From positions 51,566 to 115,565 of the forward strand of contig JAGASX010000021.1 in NCBI GenBank assembly GCA_017621525.1: a DNA stretch of 64,000 nucleotides, read 5' to 3'. The DNA is from Clostridia bacterium. GTDB taxonomy: Bacteria > Bacillota > Clostridia > Christensenellales > UBA1242. Positions within the stretch are counted from its first letter, which is position 1. Each line of letters starts with the position of its first letter. Shown piece after piece: positions 31,701 to 37,700 of this stretch. The notes under the pieces were generated by a model. The model saw only the letters and a list, made by a program, of their open reading frames with translations, ran no database searches and was not told the DNA's origin. The position numbers and the translations under genes are program-made.

Positions 31701-34700
31701 TTGCGGCAGAATTTGAATAGAATGAAACCATTTCGCAGTTGGTGATAACACCCTCATTTTCAATTGCAAGACCAGCAATGTTGATTGTTTTGTATTTGAA
31801 TGTGTTTATTTTAAGTTGTCCGCCATTGTAAAGGTTTACGCGAAGGTTTTTAAGTGTTGTTGGCACTTCTTTGCCGTCAATTGTGTGTTTTACAACCCTT
31901 GTAAACAATGAGATGTTAAGTGTTGATGTGTCAGCAGGTGTTGTATTGAATGATTTAATGAAGATTGTATAACCATTTCCGTCAAGACTTCTTATTGCTT
32001 TGGTATCAAATGGAGTGTAGTTTTGAAGTACAATGTCATTTGTAAGCATATAGTCTTTTGGAGTTACGTTTGCCTGTCCCTCTGCGTTAAGAGCGTTAAA
32101 CTCGCTGGCAGAAGAGATAAGAAGTGGCAGGTCTGGGTGGAAGTATACTTCAACATTGATTGTGAAGAACTTTTCATAAGTTGCAGTGAATCCGCCCGCA
32201 GAAATGTATGTGAGAAGAACAAGGTTTACAGAACCAGCACTTTTTGTACCAGTAACAATCATTTTGTTTTCTGCCTCATCATATTCAAACATAACAGGGC
32301 TGTCTACGCTTTCATCAAATACACTTCTGTATTCATGGCCGATTACATAGAAAAGTCTGTCTTTAAGTGTTTGAACTTCTGGAACTTTTGTTTCTTCATT
32401 ATATTTATAGTTGACAAGATATGCGCTATCCTCGGCATTTTCAACTGCTGGATAGTAACCTTTTTGCAGGAATTGCTCCCTTGCCTTTTTAAGGTAGGTT
32501 ATTTGCGCTTGAGTTGCCTCATCTACGGCAATGTATTCCTCTGGCAAAATGGTGTATTCAACTCCAAACGCCTTTGGCACGCCCTGCCATACTGTAAGGG
32601 CATCATCGTTGGTTCCTGAAATTTCAACCTTGTCGGCATCAACTTTAAAGTCAACCAAAATTGCTGTTGCAATTGATGTTTTATATTCTTTATTGCCGTT
32701 AAGTTCTCTTGAAACTTGTGCTTGAATATAGAACATATCGTTATCGGCACTGCCTGCAAGGACAGAGGCTGAAAGGGTTGCTGTGTAGGTTTTAATGCCT
32801 TTCACTTCATCAATCACCGGCTGGCTTAAAGTGCCAAGTGAAATGCCCCTAACTTCATTGCCGTCAAGTGAAATCATATCCACAGACTGGTCTGCAAGCA
32901 CGTCAATTTGAATTTGTGCGGTAGAGCCTTTTGCAATGTATGCGGTATCGCTTCCGTCAATTGTAACTTGTGGTTGGGTAAGATAACTGATTGTAAGATA
33001 TGAATTTACATATGAAATTACCTCGCCGTTTGACTGTGCAAAGGTGGCGGTAAGTGTGATTTGGCTGTCTTTTGCAACGTTGGTATTTATCCAAAGTTTA
33101 TAGAAAATTGCACCGCTTGCCTTTTCTTCCGCTGTTGGTGTGTAGCGAAGTTTTCCGCCAATCATTTGAATTCTGCCATCAACTGCCCGTCTTACATAGC
33201 CGTTTTCACCATATGGTTTTACAACTTCAACATTAACCGCGTCAAGGACGCTTTCTCCGCCAAAACTGTAAGAGAAGTCAACATGGTCAAAATATGCAAA
33301 TGCCGGGTTGATGTTTACCTGCATAATCGCGCTGTTGCCCGGTGCGAGAACTGCGATTGGGTCATCAGCATAGTGAACTTCAACATATCCACTTGCAGAT
33401 GGTTTGAATTGAGAGTATTCAACTTTCTTAAATTGAACGTCAATATTTGTAAAGTTTTGTCTTGTAAGTGAAAGGGTAAATTTGCCATTCCACTCTTCGC
33501 TTGAGTTTCCACTAAATGACATGAAGTAAACTGTAAAGTCCATATTTTCTGCAATATCTGCTTTATAGTCATCATTCACGCGGAATGTTACGTTGTATGT
33601 GAAGGTGTAAATGCCGTCTGCATTTGAAGAAGAAACTTCTTCTACAATTGCGTCAAGAATTGCTCTGCCCTGCTGTGCGTCGCGTGCAAGTGTGTAAGTA
33701 AAGCGGTTTGCGCCGTTTGGGCTTACCTTTAAGGTTTCACCATTGTATGAAATAACAGGAACAACGCTGTCTGCCATATCTGTGGTTTTAATTTCCACTC
33801 TAACAGTTGTGTTTGTTGATGGAGTGATTGGCAGGCTTTGACCTGAAACGCCAAATGAAATTACGCCGTCAACAGGTTGAACTGCAAATTTTCTTTGGAA
33901 TATGCCGTCTATTGCAGATTGCAATACCTCATCTTCAAAAATGGTTGGGCTTACAGTAAAGTTTGTAAGCACTGAATCATCATTTGTTGTAAGTTTAAAT
34001 GAGTTTTCGCTTATCTTTTCAAAAGCAACAGCCTCTGCGGTGCTTGGATTGTTTATAATTTTAAGAGTGATTGAATTTTGTTTAAGTTGATAGATTTTTG
34101 CTGTTGTGCCAAGGTAAACTTGTGGGTTTTCATAGCCTACAACAAAATCTCTTGAACGTGTTTTTTGAATTGAAAGTGTTGCGTTTTCGCGAACATAATT
34201 CACCTGCCCGCCAACACTTGTCCATGAAACTTTCATGTTTGAAAGTGCATATTTTACGCTTACTTTAATTGTCTTTTTAATGCTTGCATCTTGTTTTGAA
34301 GAAAGGGTAAGGGTTACGTCGCCCGTTCTTATTACAACAAGTGAAGAGCCTACAACTTTTACAATGCCGTTTGCCGAAGAGGAAACAACAATGTTGCGGT
34401 TGTATTCATTCATGCCCAAAAGGGTTGCAAGTGAAATTGTGTTAAGTCCGTCAAGGTCGTTTTGTTCGCTGATTGTAAGGTCGTTTGCACCATTTTCCAC
34501 AACATAGGCAAACATAATACCTTTGTTTGTGTCAACTGCAACAGATTTATAAAGTCCGTTTGCATCGGCAGTTGTTTGCACTGCAAACTCGCTTACGCTT
34601 GTTACGCGTTTATCTTGCATAAGTCCCAAAAGGTGTGGGTTGCCATTGTTTACATATTCGTAATAGCCCTCACCGCTTGCAACAAAGTTTGGATTGCTGT

Positions 34701-37700
34701 CATAACCTACAACATAGTTGATGTGGTATTCTTCTTCCACATAGTACCCAATGTAGTAGTTTGTAAGGTTGATATATTCGCTGTCTTGTGTGTATCCGTT
34801 GAATGGGCTTGTTGCACCAACAACCGCAAATGAATAGTCAATGCTTGTATCATCTTTTGATGAGGCAACCGAAAATTCGCCGGCAAATGCACCTGCATAA
34901 CTGCTTGCAACAAGCACTGTTTGGTCGATTGGGGCATAACTGTATGCGTAAGAGTTTTTAATTTTAGAGCCCTTTTCAATTACGCCAACCATAGCGCCAA
35001 CATTGATACCTGTGAATTTATTTGGTTGGAACACATTTTCTTCGCCCTCAACAGCAAGATTGTAAAATTCCACCCTTGCGCCGTCAATTGTGCCAAAGTT
35101 GCGTCCGGCAATACCGCCAACAACTGATGCTGGGGCTGAAATTGTAAGGCCAAGTACATTTGAATTTAAAATTTTGCCGTAGTTGGAGCCTACAAAACCG
35201 CCACCATAATAGTTTTCAACAACAAGTTTGCTTGGGAAAGAGCCCTTTGTGTCGATTGTAACATTTTGGATAAGTCCGTTGTTTGTCATTGCAAGGAAGC
35301 CATCGCCTGTAGCATTACCCGCAAATGTTATATTTCTTACAGTTCCACTTTCCAAAATAACGCCTGCAAAACTTGCACCTGAAATTAAAATTGTTGTATC
35401 AGCGGTTTTGCCTTGAAGTCCGCCACCAAAACTTGCAAATGATGCCCTTGCCTCTGCGGTAAGGTCAAGGCTTGTCATAACTGTATAGTAAAGGTCTGGT
35501 TTGATTGCAAGGAAACCGTCGTTATCGAAAATTCTGTAAGAATGTTCAAAACTTCTGCCGTCTGCAACATTTACCTTGATTTTAACTAAAATATCTGCAA
35601 ATGGAACGATTGAAATTTCTTCGCTGTCTGTTGCGTTTGATTTAAAGTACGCTTCGTTTACAAGGAAGTCGTAGTATGTGATTTGAAGAACGTTATCTTT
35701 ATATTGTCCCAGCATACTGTCGGTGATTGAGCCTGTTTTTTCCTCTTCGCCGTCCATATAGTAGTATTTAATTTCATTGTTGTACACAGCGTCTGCTGGC
35801 ATAAGGTAAATATAACCTGTCATGCCTGTTGTAACCATATTTGAAAGGTTTACGGCAAGCACGTTTGATGCAACTTCATCATTTACAGAAAGGAACTTGT
35901 TGATAAGTCCACCCTCGCTGTTTGTGATGACATAGTTGATATTGTTGTTTCTTGCACTTTCTGGCAGTGCCTCCACCATAATATATTGTGGGTTTGTGTC
36001 GCCAACTTCAAAGTACAAGCCCTCATCGTCAGCGTTTTTCCATTTAAGGCTTTCAACGCGTTGTGCGTTTTTGATTGTAAGTGTGATTGGTGTGTAAATA
36101 TCATACACCTTATCATAGTTGTCGTTTCTTAAAATGTAGTGCACGTCAAGTGTGTCATAGAAAGCAAGTTCTCCAAATGTGCCAACAACTTCAATATTAA
36201 ATGAAATGCCCTCGCTGGTTACAACAACATTGGAAAGACTGTATCTGCCGTCTGCCCAAGTTACTGTATTGCCGGTGATGCTTTGTCTGCCCATAAGTGG
36301 ATTGCTTGAAATAAATTCCACATTTGTAATGTCTGTGTAAGTTACGTTTGTGTTTGCAAATGAAATGTTGATTGTTTTTCTGGTAAGTTCGCTGTCTGTT
36401 GACGCAAGGCTGTCTGTGCTGTAAAGTGTAAGGTTTTTGTCTTTATCTGGTGAAACATTCATGCTGTTTGGTGAAACATAACTTTCAAGTAAAATAATTT
36501 TTACCAATGTTATATTGCCATTTGCATCAACATTTTCAACGCCTTTGCCCTCAAAGAAAAGCACAGCATATGTGTAACCAACACCCTTTGTGATTACGCT
36601 TGAAAAATCATTTGTGAAATATGCAATATTGCTTTGGTTGATGTTTTCTTGTGCCTTACCAATAAGTTCTACAACGCCGTCAGCTGTTGATGACATTGCC
36701 TTAAAGATATCAAGTGTAACAATGTCGCTTTCAACAAAATCTACAAACCCAACTGTAATTTTTGCCTCTGCATAGTTTCCGTTGATTGAGTTGTAAGTGT
36801 AAAGAAGTGGTGTTGTTGTATCATTTTTAAGCATAAGGTTTGAAAGTCCCATTTGGGTTGATGAAACTTCTTCACCTGTAAGAAGATATGTTTTTGCATT
36901 ATACCCTTCATCTGTTACAGAATTTGAAAGATTTTCGCCTGTGTTGTGTTTTACAGAAACATCTTTAAGTGGCAGAAAAATATCAATTGCCATTTTTTCG
37001 CTGACAAGTCCATTTTTATGTGCAATTTGGTATGTGTCGAGTGTTGTAATTCCATAACTTGATGGTTTTAATGTTAAGGTGATTTCAAAGGTTACAGAAT
37101 TTTCATCGCTTGAAATAACTTGCAATGTGTCTGCAAAATAAACTGCATCGCTGTTGTTTATTATGTAAAGTCCGTCGGTTGTTGTTTGACCTTTAAGGGT
37201 AAATTGCTTTTTAAGCACAATGTCGCCAGCGTTTGCACTGCTGTCTATTTTGAAATCGCCATTTTCAAAAACAAAATCTTCAAGAGAAACTGATTTTACA
37301 AGGCGGAGGTCAAAATATGTGTTGACAAGTGGATTATCTACGCTTTGGAATGTAAGGCGAAGTCCCTCTGCCGATTGAACGGTAAGATTTTCTGATGCCT
37401 TTATGTACAAAGTTGTTGCAGAAGGAAAGTCTGCACTGCCTACAACAAAATTTCCGCCCTCTTCCACCATAACAATTTGTGTCCAGCGGTTGGCGTTGAC
37501 GGTGTCGCGATACCAAATTTCAATAGGGCAACCATTTGCGATTGCACCACCCGCCATTGTGCGAGAAAGAATTATTTTGTATTGGTTTGTTGCGTCAACA
37601 ACCGTTGATGGTGTGATTGCAACGCTGAATTGTTTGCCATGGCTGGTTGCATTTGAAGAATCTACATATTGTGTATAAAGTGTTTGAAGTGTGCCTTCAA

